A DNA stretch of 64,000 bases, taken from assembly GCA_030141605.1 (NCBI GenBank), contig JAQGDQ010000003.1:1054001-1118000 (forward strand), written 5' to 3'. Numbering within the stretch: position 1 is the stretch's first letter; every line of letters begins with the position of its first letter. This stretch comes from Tubiluchus corallicola. Taxonomy: Eukaryota > Animalia > Priapulida. A program made the position numbers and the translations under genes. The notes under the pieces are model-generated. The model was not told where the DNA came from. It searched no databases and worked only from the letters and a program-made list of their open reading frames with translations. This document shows, piece by piece, positions 14,593 to 36,716 of this stretch.

Positions 14593-16565
14593 CTGTTTAA
14601 ACTGCTCTCGGAAAGACCACGTTTCCCCTCCTCCTCCGCCTTCATGTGACGAGGTAGTGGGTGAGGTAGTGTGAGTTATGTGTGAGCCTGAGCTGGTGGG
14701 GTTGTGTATGGTGGGTGATGAGGTAGTAAGTGTTGGGGGGCGATCATGTAGTAAATGTCGGTTTGCGTGCATCATCTCTGCCCGCCGTTGCTGTTCTTGG
14801 GCCATTCTTAGTGCCTCGTTGTGTGCTCGGAGTTCTCTTTCTATTTGCTCCCTCTCTTCTCGTTCTTGCCGTTTTAACCGAGCTAAAACTTCTGATTCTT
14901 CCTCTGACAATGAGGGATGATGATCCATTTTTAATCTGTTTTCATCTGCACGATCATGTTCAGCATCAATATCATCTAAGTCATCTCCCTCAGATTCATT
15001 CAAGTCTTCTGCATCTTCATTTGTGTGCTAGAAAAACAAAAATTACTATGTCAGTCTGTGATGTTGCCACTTTTACTACTGTTTGTTGTGTGTTTACTGT
15101 CTACACGATACAACACAATTAGCAGCGCCATTCTTTAAAATTTTTAACAATGAATTCTACATTTTCATTCCTTTGTCTAAATAAAAACAAACATTTCTAA
15201 TTATACATGGAGCAGTTCCAGCAAGACAATGCAGGCTATTTTTTCCAAAATCATTTTTTCCAGTTTAATAAACATGAAGGTGGGTTTTTACAACAGCTTG
15301 CTTTCACTTTCAGCATTTTTATTGAAAATGTGAGCAGATGCTGAATGCGTGTACAACAGGTAAACAGGTTTTACATGCACAGTCCCTAAATACAGCTATT
15401 TAATGTGTCGTTATTTTGACAGGTGCAAACTGATGCTAAGAAATTACCACATGCACCGTTTGATTTGTATAAAGTATTTACGTTTGATTATGAATTACGA
15501 TATATTCTATATGTTTGCTCAGGTTAAAGTTACATAATGACGTTTGTTTTCTCAGTTTATCAAACAATGTGCTTGGTAAATTGGCACAAGAAAGCATAAA
15601 TTAAAGTTTGGATCAGAATAGCTGAGTAGTAGCTAGTAAGTTACTAGTAGTAATAAAGTTACTAGTAGTAGTAAAATGGTCAATATATTGGTTATCTCAT
15701 TTTTGTTTACTAGTTCTCTCAATTAAAGATTTTAGAATTTATTACATAATTATAAATAAATACACTATGTCTGTCTGATATACAAACAGAACTGCAAGCA
15801 AAGTTAAGCAAAACAAAAAGAAAAAATGAAATTTATAGCATCTAATTTTTTTATAGTTTTTCAGTCATTCTAGACTACATACACCATTATAATAGCATAT
15901 TAACTCAAATAATTATAATCACAAATAAAGTTTCATAATAATATTTAAGCTAATTATTGGCAAACTACAGTCTATGGCACAGGCTTTTATTAAGTGGTGC
16001 AAGCAACTAATAGCCTATTGTCATTAAGTATGCCAGACCAAAGTCAGCCCATTACACAAACACAATGGACGCATACAGTATATAAGCACAGGCCTGCAGA
16101 TCTCAAACAGACATAATGTAAATGTATAATACTAACGTAAAGATACGTGAAGATCAAAGTTTTGTTAAGATGCCAGCAATATGGCAAAAATTATATGACT
16201 TCACAATACTTTTATTTTTATACGATAGTTAATAATTCTGCGTAATTTTCCTGGGCAAGTTAATATTCGACAAGAGAACTCTGCCGTTTAATATCTTGCA
16301 AACACGACAAATTTCTAATTAGAAGAGACATCTGTGCACAGAAGCAACATGGAAACATGCATACATGCGGCGTAACATGCCGAAACATCACCGAAACAAA
16401 CAATACTTCTTCCGAAGCTGCATACAAAAACTTTATCGAACTTCCACAAAGTTTCGTTATTTGCTCAATTGTTGACATTTACGATATCGCAAGTACTTTG
16501 CAAATCATAATGCTGTAAATGTAACTTACCGTGCTCCCATCGAGACTGCTTTCAGTTTGTTCCAT
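14593..16565 (-). CDS. ARID3: ARID3/dead ringer (retained)-family transcription factor, 5' coding exons only (gene continues left of the window)
   Basis: Exon 1 16565-16530 (MEQTESSLDGST, donor ACG|GTAAGT) splices in phase 0 to exon 2 15027-14593 (acceptor TTTGTTTTTCTAG, donor CAG|GTGAGG). Exon 2 encodes an acidic, coiled-coil and S/T/H-rich region ending ...GGETWSFREQFKQ. This matches the W-x-F/Y-x-EQFKQ motif that opens the extended ARID domain of ARID3/Dri proteins. I could not find the following LYE...FMQKRG exon in 1-14592. Confidence 0.8.
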
Positions 16566-17139
16566 GCTGAATAGTGTTCTCTAATAAAAAAAGAGAGGCT
16601 TAACTTCCCTTTTAATCAAGAGAACCATCAACAACGCTTCAAACCAGCACCACATAAATGTTGTTTCTGTTCGGTATCTCAACGTGCATTGATCGATTGC
16701 TTCGCCACCTGTTGCAAATAATCAACATCAGTTTTTATTCTACTGCGTGATTATGCCGTAAGACAACGTTGTAATGTTGCAGTGCCATCTAGTGATGGTT
16801 TCGCATATTCATATGGATTTCAAGCTAGATGTGGCAGCCAGTTTCCCAAAGTAAAAAAATAAACAAATACAAAAGTCACTTCAAAATTTTCGAGTTTAAA
16901 AATTCTTGGTTTATATTTTGCCTTCTTGTTACAAAAATGTATTGTAACATTAATAAAAGCGTCACTAATTTTTTTTTTCTTTGATAAATATGCTTATGAA
17001 TTTCCCAATCACTTACAAACGTCAAGAGTAGAAAAATATTTCTCCTGTGAACTTATTTTTAATATAATACAGCTAATACAATGACAAGCCTATTCAATGT
17101 TGATGCTTATGGCAAGACCAGGCTCATTTGCAAAGCCAT

Positions 17140-17350
17140 GCCTCTAAGGTGAGTCACTGAACCAGCAGGTCGAGAAGCCTCAGCTATGCTACTTCCCTCA
17201 ACAGGTTAAACAAATAGCCAGTATTAGTACCAGCCAGAATGAAGTCATCTACAGCGAGCACTGAACCAGACAGCCACCTATCTGCTAAATGAATGGCATT
17301 AGCATTGGTCAAGTTAGGACTTGAAGCACAGAGTGACCACTTGGCTATTC
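17140..17350 (-). mobile_element. Decayed tRNA-derived SINE-like element
   Basis: Minus strand shows TAGCCAAGTGG (A-box-like) followed by GCTTCAAGTCC (B-box-like). Similar pol III box pairs occur near 1270-1325 (+, GGTTCGAATT), 2520-2540 (-, GTTCGAATCC) and 22825-22900 (+). None folds as a full cloverleaf. Confidence 0.35.
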
Positions 17351-17613
17351 ATCATGCCTTACATCATACATATTACTTAAAATAGCCAAATTCAATTCAA
17401 TACTGAAGTTATAAATAAGAAGCCAAGTATGTGTAGTTTTATACCAAAACATTATGGTATATACATTCAATAGAAGATGACTGGGCTTCATGAAAAAAAG
17501 TATTTTGCTTAGGTTTTTCCATTAGCTAGAAATGTTTGTGTAATTTCATTTGTGCAGTCTTATGACCTTATGGTCCCTGTACATTTTATAAAATGGCATT
17601 TGTACCTTATTGA

Positions 17614-17825
17614 CAGTAGAGCCCGTCACCTCTAGTATCAACAGGATCACATTTGTTCTAAGACTCTGTCAATGAGAAATAGCACAACCCACTATCATGC
17701 ATCATTTTACTAACAATTTTCAAAATTCTGCTAGGAAATGCATTCGCAGAGGTGATTTGTGAGAGCGTAAGTGTTCTAATAAATGCAAGCAACACCATCC
17801 AAGAGCAGGTGACGGGCTTTTATTT
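17614..17825. mobile_element. Short MITE with CAGTAG-type terminus
   Basis: CAGTAGAGCCCGTCACCT (17614-17631) and AGGTGACGGGCT (17807-17818) form a 12-bp perfect inverted repeat about 200 bp apart; the right terminus is decayed. Confidence 0.55.
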
Positions 17826-19173
17826 CATACTAGTACCAATTTCAAGAGCAGTAATATACAGTTTTAAAAGGCAAAAGATATTTATATGGTTTATTTAGTG
17901 CGGCAATTGGAAAAAACTCACCAACAATAAATGGAAAACAGGTTAACATTTCAATTTTTTACATAATCACAACAAGAGATTAGAATTATTACATACAATC
18001 GAACTACTCAGTGTAATAGCACAAGCACTAAATAATTTTGACTAAAAATAACTATCATGATCTAAAAGAACACTTTTTTGTCCTATTGTCTTCAAAACCA
18101 TGTCATGGGAAACCCAAACTATCTGTGACATTAAACAACAAAATTAATGATTAATGAATTTAGACAATTATCTTAATCTCAATTCAATGCACATGCTTCT
18201 AAGAAAGAGCTGAAAATATTTATCGATATTTTGGGTTACTCGTTTGCAAGCTGTAACTACAAAGTCGTTCATTTCGCTGTTATGCGCATCTTATTGTTTA
18301 TGTAAATTTTGCATTTACTCATCCCGAAGCAAATGATGCATACTAAATTTTCACAGCAGATCCATGGCAACTGAAAATGGATATCAATAATCTGTTAACA
18401 GCACAGTTAGTCTATTACCATCATTTCAGGAGCAGAAACCAAAGACTATGCAGAATGTCCGTGCATTAATGATCACGGTTGAATCCATTATGCACAGATT
18501 TATTAGCATCTGTCACTTCACGTAGTTTCAACATTGGGCAAGGTGCTTTTTGTTATTGCTGTTGTTTTGTGGCATTGTTTAGGTGGTGTGGGGTGGTTTC
18601 TTTGTATTATAACATTACAATAGAACAGTTATGCAGAAAAATTGTTGAGTTAAAGAAACCCCAGCAATGACATCATACAAAATACAGCATGCACATATTT
18701 ACATTTTACAAATACGTGCAAACAAAATGTAAGTGTGTGTGCGGCAAGCAAGTAAAACCAATGCTTCACATTCCAGACTAGTTCAATAGATGTTTGTACT
18801 CCCAGATGGCAGGAAAAGATTTCTTTTAGTGCCCCAAATCGCTAAAATAAATCATTACAATCATATCAATACATATTTTGCGTAGACATGCATTTGCAGT
18901 ATTCACAGTGTAGACAGTACAGCTTAACATAGCGTATCTTAAAATCAAGATCTGTTGTAAGTAAGTTTTGTTTCCTAGCCTATCGGATTCATAGATTCAA
19001 AAACGTTACCACTGACACACACTATATATTGAAGAACAAACTTGTAATTACAAAAGTAGTTGTCAAAATCAACTAGCAGGAAGCAATTTACAATTCCATA
19101 AGACAAAAATATGATTATGCTACACAACTCAAACTAATTGCTCTTTTTGGCTATAATAGAACCGATATCCACT

Positions 19174-29941
<10,768 letters not shown>

Positions 29942-30391
29942 CTGGAAAGAAGACTGAGAATTAGTTACACTACAATGTGATATTAAGTAATAGCCGCAGC
30001 AATGTTATAAATTTAAGCAGAAAAAGAAAAACAGAAAATCAAACTGACATAAGTGGGCTGTAGTACAAAGAAGAACTAATTAGCAGAAAATATAAAAATA
30101 CATCAAGGAGTTGATCTATATATAAGCTTTTACAGAATATACCGAGAAGACAACTATAGCACTGACGAGCACTCTTCTCTAAAAAAACTTATAGTAAAGT
30201 TCAGGTATATAATTTGAAAACACCAGTTTTGTCAGTTATATGTTTTGTTTTCTTGTACTCTACCCAACCCATTAGTTTTGTTTTCTACTGTTAGATGCAC
30301 AGAAACAACAACAAAAACAAAAAAGTAGTCTACCGAAAATGATTTATGATCTATAGAAAGTTAATTGCATTGCCCTAGCTTTCAGACTCAC

Positions 30392-32956
30392 CATTTACTA
30401 CACAACTTAATGGCTAAGATGGGAGTAAAACCCGTCAGTTGCTTAGCTTTTAGCGAAAGTTTTCAAAATGTCCGTTCACTGTAGGATATTCAAGGTAGGA
30501 GGGAGGAGATGTCTCACAGCAAAAACTTACAAAACTAATACATTTCTAGTGTAATTTTAATTATATACTGATAGTTTCACTCTGACTGATAAATTAAATT
30601 GAAGCATAACATACATTAAGATAATGGCAAAACATGGACAATGTGACAACTTCGAGTACTCATTCTTCATTTCCACCAAGCAAAAGTGGAACTCACTCCA
30701 GGAAGATGTGGTAATGTCTCCACCACCTGCTGGTTTCAAGCACCTATACCATAAATCCAGTAACAAATACTGGACTACTGGTACTCCACTGTTGAATCTT
30801 CCCCAGTGCAGAGAGAGGTGCGCCTACCGTGTAGAGCATACTGCACATACTCACAACCACAAGTACTAATCATTTCTTTTTCAGATGCCTAATTTTTATT
30901 ATCCTTTAGCCATTTTTCTTATACTAACTGTTTTGCATGTGCATGCATGCAGGCAGGCACGCATGCACGCACGCACGCACGCACGCACATTTGGGACAGA
31001 GTCTTCAAGCTGAAGTTGGCCTGTATTGGAACAATATGACAAGAACTGTTGGAAGTACAATATGTTAAATGATTTCATGATCTTCATTTAATATGGGATT
31101 TTACATGAAACTGCACGGGACTGAATCTGCTCACTAAACAATTAACTAATAACAAAAGTGGCATTCATCCATGGTTAGCAGCTCTTGTAACAACTGAGAT
31201 CAGTGCTGATTTGTTGCATTGTATACTGGGGATGATCATCATGTCCACTTTATTGTAAAACATCCAATTTGATGAGTGATGTCCACTTGTTTCTTCCTTC
31301 ACACATTCTTTCTTTCAATGTTTCATGTTTCTCCATCTTATGCAATAACGTTGCCACATTTTTCAAAGTCTACTTTTCTTAATTGGCCAACCACTTCAAA
31401 AAACAGTTATGGATTTCTTTGTCACTTACTGTCTCAAACATGTAAATGATATAAATTTGACAATGTTTCACAGCATTTGAAGTAACACGGAGTAAAATTA
31501 TTAGTGCAAATCTACCCTAACGGATATTCCTGTTGTCTAATGTAGCGTGACACTAATCTGAATAGGGCAAACCCGCACACGAGTCACAATACATGGATTG
31601 TTGTTAATTAGGTGCTACATATTACCACAGTTCACATAATAGAGAACAATAGGGCTTGCATATGGATTCAATCTGCACAGGATTCATGTAACACCCATAA
31701 TATACAGTAAATTTAACATAATTATAACAACTGGTTGCACTGATACATCTGGTCGATAAACCGAATTCAGGCCGTGAGCAGAATAGAACCCACAGAACTT
31801 CACTGCCATAACCATGCAGCCCTTGTGCTGACACGAAAGTTAAAAGTGATCTTATAATATTCAGGGCTAGTGACTGCATTGCTGGCTAAGGGTTCTATTC
31901 ACATTTTCTGTTCAAAAAAAGATTTAGAATGTCAGTACTCACCAGGGCTGGAAGATGCGTCATGAGACACGGTATACAGATTTGAGGTACACCTAGTTCA
32001 GTACTGATTTAAACTGAAGGTCATCAGGTCATACAGGGTTATAGTGCATGCATTTATATTTACATTTACACCCTCGCGAAAGCATAACTAACAGTTTACA
32101 GATTAGCCGTAGCTAAGACAAAATGACATTGAATGCATCCTAAGTGGGGAGGCTGTCAGTGAATTCAGTTGCCTACTTACTAGAAGGTAAGATTTTACTG
32201 ATTTTTGACTAGCAAGTTGGCCGCTCACTGACGGATGTATCAAACTATCTGTTTAAAGGCCAAATTTAAAGTAAAAACAAGTTTTTTTAATAAAAAGTTC
32301 TAACCGCAACTTAACATTTGACACTAATTCTATTAAATTTCATGGCTTCCTTCATAACGAAATTGGGCCTTGAAGTTGCAGTTTTCGTCAAAATATTTTG
32401 TTCAGTTTTGCTCAGGAAACTTCAGAAAATTACAGGTTAAATGAAGTACTAGCAACTGCTTCCATGGATACCACATTGTTTCTGTGATGTTGCATTTGTA
32501 AACAATATTGCAGGGTAAAATATGACACGTGACAACCAAGCGCAAACACTAGCATAACTAAGGACTTAGGAGTTCCTGGCATCATCTAATGAATAAAATG
32601 CGCGAAACAACATCAAGACTTTCTTTGGAAATGACACCTTCGCACTAGATTTCCTCTTATATTTGTAAACCAACAAGAAAAACGTTAAAGTATCAGACAA
32701 TCTTAGTTAGAAGATTTTCTTTCTATTTTCATATATAATTTAAACAAGTAACTGTAAGTGCAACCTTTAAAAGTGCAATTTGATTTATTTCTACTAATTT
32801 GCTTAAAAAATGTATATTACCACATAAAATGGCAATATATTGCAACATAATTTTCGTATTCAATGCCCAAGCCTAGTACTCATTGACCTTTTACCTGAAT
32901 TTTAGCAAGCACATGAATTTTTCTTGTTTGAGAAACACATTCATGGCGCTTGCCAT
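30392..32956 (-). other. Candidate 5' exons of LAP3
   Basis: Three strong donors lie upstream of the first certain exon. 32956-32895 starts at CAAAATGGC and reads MASAMNVFLKQEKFMCLLKF, donor CAG|GTAAAA. An exon ending at 31943 reads MTHLPAL, donor CTG|GTGAGT, phase 0. 30478-30392 ends in TAA ATG|GTGAGT, phase 0. Confidence 0.45.
30935..30989. repeat. (GCAY)n tetranucleotide repeat
   Basis: GCATGCAT/GCAGGCAG/GCACGCAC run. Confidence 0.85.
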
Positions 32957-33040
32957 TTTGTATAATTTACAGCACATTCAGACTTAGCGAGTTTTCTTGC
33001 CAAGTTAACTTGCCAAGTAGCTTGTCAGGTAACTGGCAAG
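32950..33040 (-). promoter_or_regulatory. Candidate LAP3 proximal promoter/TSS region
   Basis: YY1-like CAAAATGGC on the minus strand at the candidate ATG. It is preceded by a cluster CTTGCCAAGT x2, CTTGTCAGGT and inverted CTGGCAAG, with the perfect palindrome CAAGTTAACTTG at 33001-33012. Confidence 0.35.
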
Positions 33041-36000
33041 TATGTTCAATTAATGTTTTGCTGATAAAAGTTTGAATGGCAGCTGGTTCCAAATAAATTT
33101 CTGGCTTAAGCATTTAAGTGGTTACCCTTAACACAAGGAAACAGGCTTGTAGATCATTGATGTGATAATATAACATTGACTCTTATACCCGTCTTCACAT
33201 AAAAAAATAATTGAAAAAAACAATTTCCTTTTCTGTTAATGCGTCTGACCTTTACAAATTCGTCTTTTTGAACAGTCCTGATAAATAACTTATTAATGAA
33301 AATTTTATTACTTACATGTCTGTTTTCTTTATAATTATAACTTTATAAAGTTTAATGAATTAAAAGAAAATTACGAAATTAATCACTTGTGAATTAACGA
33401 CTCACTTAAAAGCAATCACCTTTATCAAGAACATTTTGTTTGCATAAACATATTTTGTAGTGAACTATATAATCTGTAGGCCTACTGCTCCATTAAATAT
33501 GTATATGTAGAAAAAGTTAAGTGATAACTATTGCACGAAGTACAGTTTAACTTGAAAGCAATCAAAAAAAAATTGTTATTACGTTATATTATTTTACTGA
33601 ATATTATTTTGCACGACACGTGACGTCTGGTCAGTATCTACGATCCAGCAGAGCATCTACAGCTGGCATAATAATATCAAGGTCACTGGTGTTGCTGGCA
33701 GTATTTCCCCATTGAACATAATTATATTAATTTGCTTGGCGGTATAATATATATTATTTTATATACGGTTGAATGGCCATTTTTCAGGCGGTAAACGAGT
33801 TTGAGGGCATAACGGGGAAGGAGGGGGGGGGTGTAACGAAGTTTGACTGTATAAATTTTATGTACTATTATTATTGCTACGGCAAATAGAATGAACTTTA
33901 CTACACTAAACTAGAAGATGGTGATCGACCAGTATCTGTGACAAGCATGATATGCAAAGTACTACGGAAATTCACTAGGGATTATGCATTACAACTGCAT
34001 AAATAATCCAATACAGTAAAATTTTATCCTAACGTAATGTAAGGAAATATGTGCAAAAAAGGTTATTATCATAATATCCACGGCAATACGGTACCAAATA
34101 TACAAGGCACCTACTTTCGTTTCCATTGTTGTATATCTCTTATACAGCCAATTCACAATTAATATTCTTTTCGCTGCGTTAATGCAAATAACCGGTCTAA
34201 ATATCATTCCAAAATCTACAGAACCAACACGGCATGTTGCGGGGGCGGTAACAAACTTCATTCGCATGCGCACAACTTGGAGGCTGTGAATGTTTGATGC
34301 CGGATATCGTCATGATAATGATAATGTCTGTAACCGCATGAATGATTTGTTTTTGTTATCTTCAACGACCACACCTTCGCAAAAAGCGGGAAGCAATTAT
34401 AGAGTCGTGGTAATTATTAGAAACGTCATAGATGAGATTAGAGTGTATTAGATTATATTTAGCATATTAATGCAAATGTGGCGTACAACTATAATAACTA
34501 TCGATAATCATAATAATTATTTATTTCATTGCAACAATACATCAATATGCAATATAAATAGAAAAAACAATAAGGGTAAAACTCATTGATGAATATGAAT
34601 ACTAGATGTATTCATAATCTAATCTAATCTGGTAAGAATAATCTAGTCACATAAAATATACATTAATTTATCTATTTTCCCCTCTTGTTTTCATTTTATG
34701 GTTTTGTCCTAGCAGGTCTACGTAGAGAAAAAAATATACACATTTTTTAATCCAAATTAATTTTAAAGTTTTATAGCTACTTCTGAGATTTAAATAACCG
34801 TAGTTTCACCTTCTGGTAATCTTAGGAACCGTTTTTTATAACAAAAATCCCAAACAGGTTTGTATCTGTTATAAGGCGCCCAATCCTGCTTGCTGTTTTT
34901 GTACTGTGTAATTTCATCTTAGGTTACACAGTGCTCAATTCCAGTGTTTGAATAAAATTTACAGTCAGTGAGTCAGATAAATTAAACTGGTTTAATTTAA
35001 AGCACGAAAACTCAAACAGCTATAAAGAAGTTGGGTAAACAATAATTTAAAAAATATCATCACGTCGTATTAATGACGTATAGTTATGCTATAGCAAGTG
35101 CTAAACTGATTAAAAACTTTACAGACGTTTTCTACACTGCTACAACTAGGCTTGCCAACACTTCTGATTTGGTGCAGAGGCTCCTGAAACACAGCCGTAC
35201 ATCCGTACTTTGGTCGATTTTTGAAAAATTCTGAAATATCCTGATTTCGACCACTGCATTGAAATTTAAGTGAAAAAAAACGGAAATACATCTTGCATGC
35301 CATTGAAACGTTAAAAAGATAGCTAAAAACAGCAATCCCTCTTAAGTAAAATAGCAGACTTGTTAAATTAAGTTTAAACGGTTACAGTCCCTCATCATTT
35401 AATGCAATCTACATTTTTCCCCAACTTTTGCTGCAGCGGCAAGTGCTTCAGTGCAAACATTCTTCCAGTTTAGTTTTAAGTCACACAACATAAACTATCT
35501 CCAGAAATCTCAGAAAAGTAAGAAATACATTGGAACCGAGAAGAAACTCCAAAAATTGATGTACACTTTCGTAAGTTTTAAGCTTTCAATGCTTTTTAGA
35601 GTCTTAGAAATTTGTACTACTTTGTGGCTTTTTTGATTTTTGTTTCTGAAAAAGGGTTATAAGACGTCTCCCAGACTTTTGTCTCCCCCTAGCTGGGGAC
35701 TCCTGACTTCTGTTCGTGACGAGATGCAACCTTACTTAAAACACTAACAACACTGCCTACAGTTAAACTAATACAAAAATACATTGGACCTGTAATCAAA
35801 TGCTTAGAAAACCAAAAATTTTATCATAGACTAGACTGTTTAGGCCGTCACCTTTGTCGTCATAGTGTTCGTCTTCATCATCATCTTAGTCAATCATTTC
35901 GATCTTTGTCACTTTGCTGTATATTGTTTTTGTAAAAGACAAATAAATAAAAGAAAATTCAATTCAAATGCAAATATCATTTTTTGACATAATATTGTGA

Positions 36001-36716
36001 ATTGTCCTTGAGCAACAATTTATTGTGGATGCAATGATTTATAAATTAATAAAGACGAATTGGCTATTTTTATACAATCCATAAACTTCTTACAGTTGTG
36101 TATACAAGATGTTGTGCTTTTTTGTGTAATTATCAACGCTTGCCTGAATTTCGGAACCATATGGGCAAAACTTTCAGTCTAGAAGCAGGTCAATCCGATA
36201 GGAATAAATTCCGTCAAATTACAAAAAAGCATGAAGTTAGCAACATGAAATATACATGGTAAAATAACATATGACAAAAACATATAATCATGTACATTGG
36301 AACAATAAATATGATACAGGAATACTCATGCCACAAATTAAGAATAATCAACTTAGCATTATAATTATGGGAAATTTACCGCTTCTCAACTTCATCAATA
36401 CTGCTAAAAACACTCTGCATTATTATGGAAAAAATCATGGCCAAGTGAAAGAATTTTGTGTGCTAATTACATGTATTCTAGGCAAAGATGCACAGGTTCC
36501 TGAAAAAAGGTTAATACATATAGGTACAGTTAAACTACGTAACTGTCAGAGATCAACTTGGTGCATTAAAACTCTACAGCTAAAAATGAAATTTGCACTA
36601 TGTCTCAAAAACAGCTAGGTGCATCACTTTATCACTTAAAAACTATTAAAAGTATACAAATGTATTATCAACTATTAAAATAATGTATCTACAAAGTTTC
36701 ATATTAGGAATGTGAT

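Noticed and set aside
14678-15122. Plus-strand ORFs of 80 and 130 aa
   Set aside because: Antisense shadows of ARID3 exon 2.
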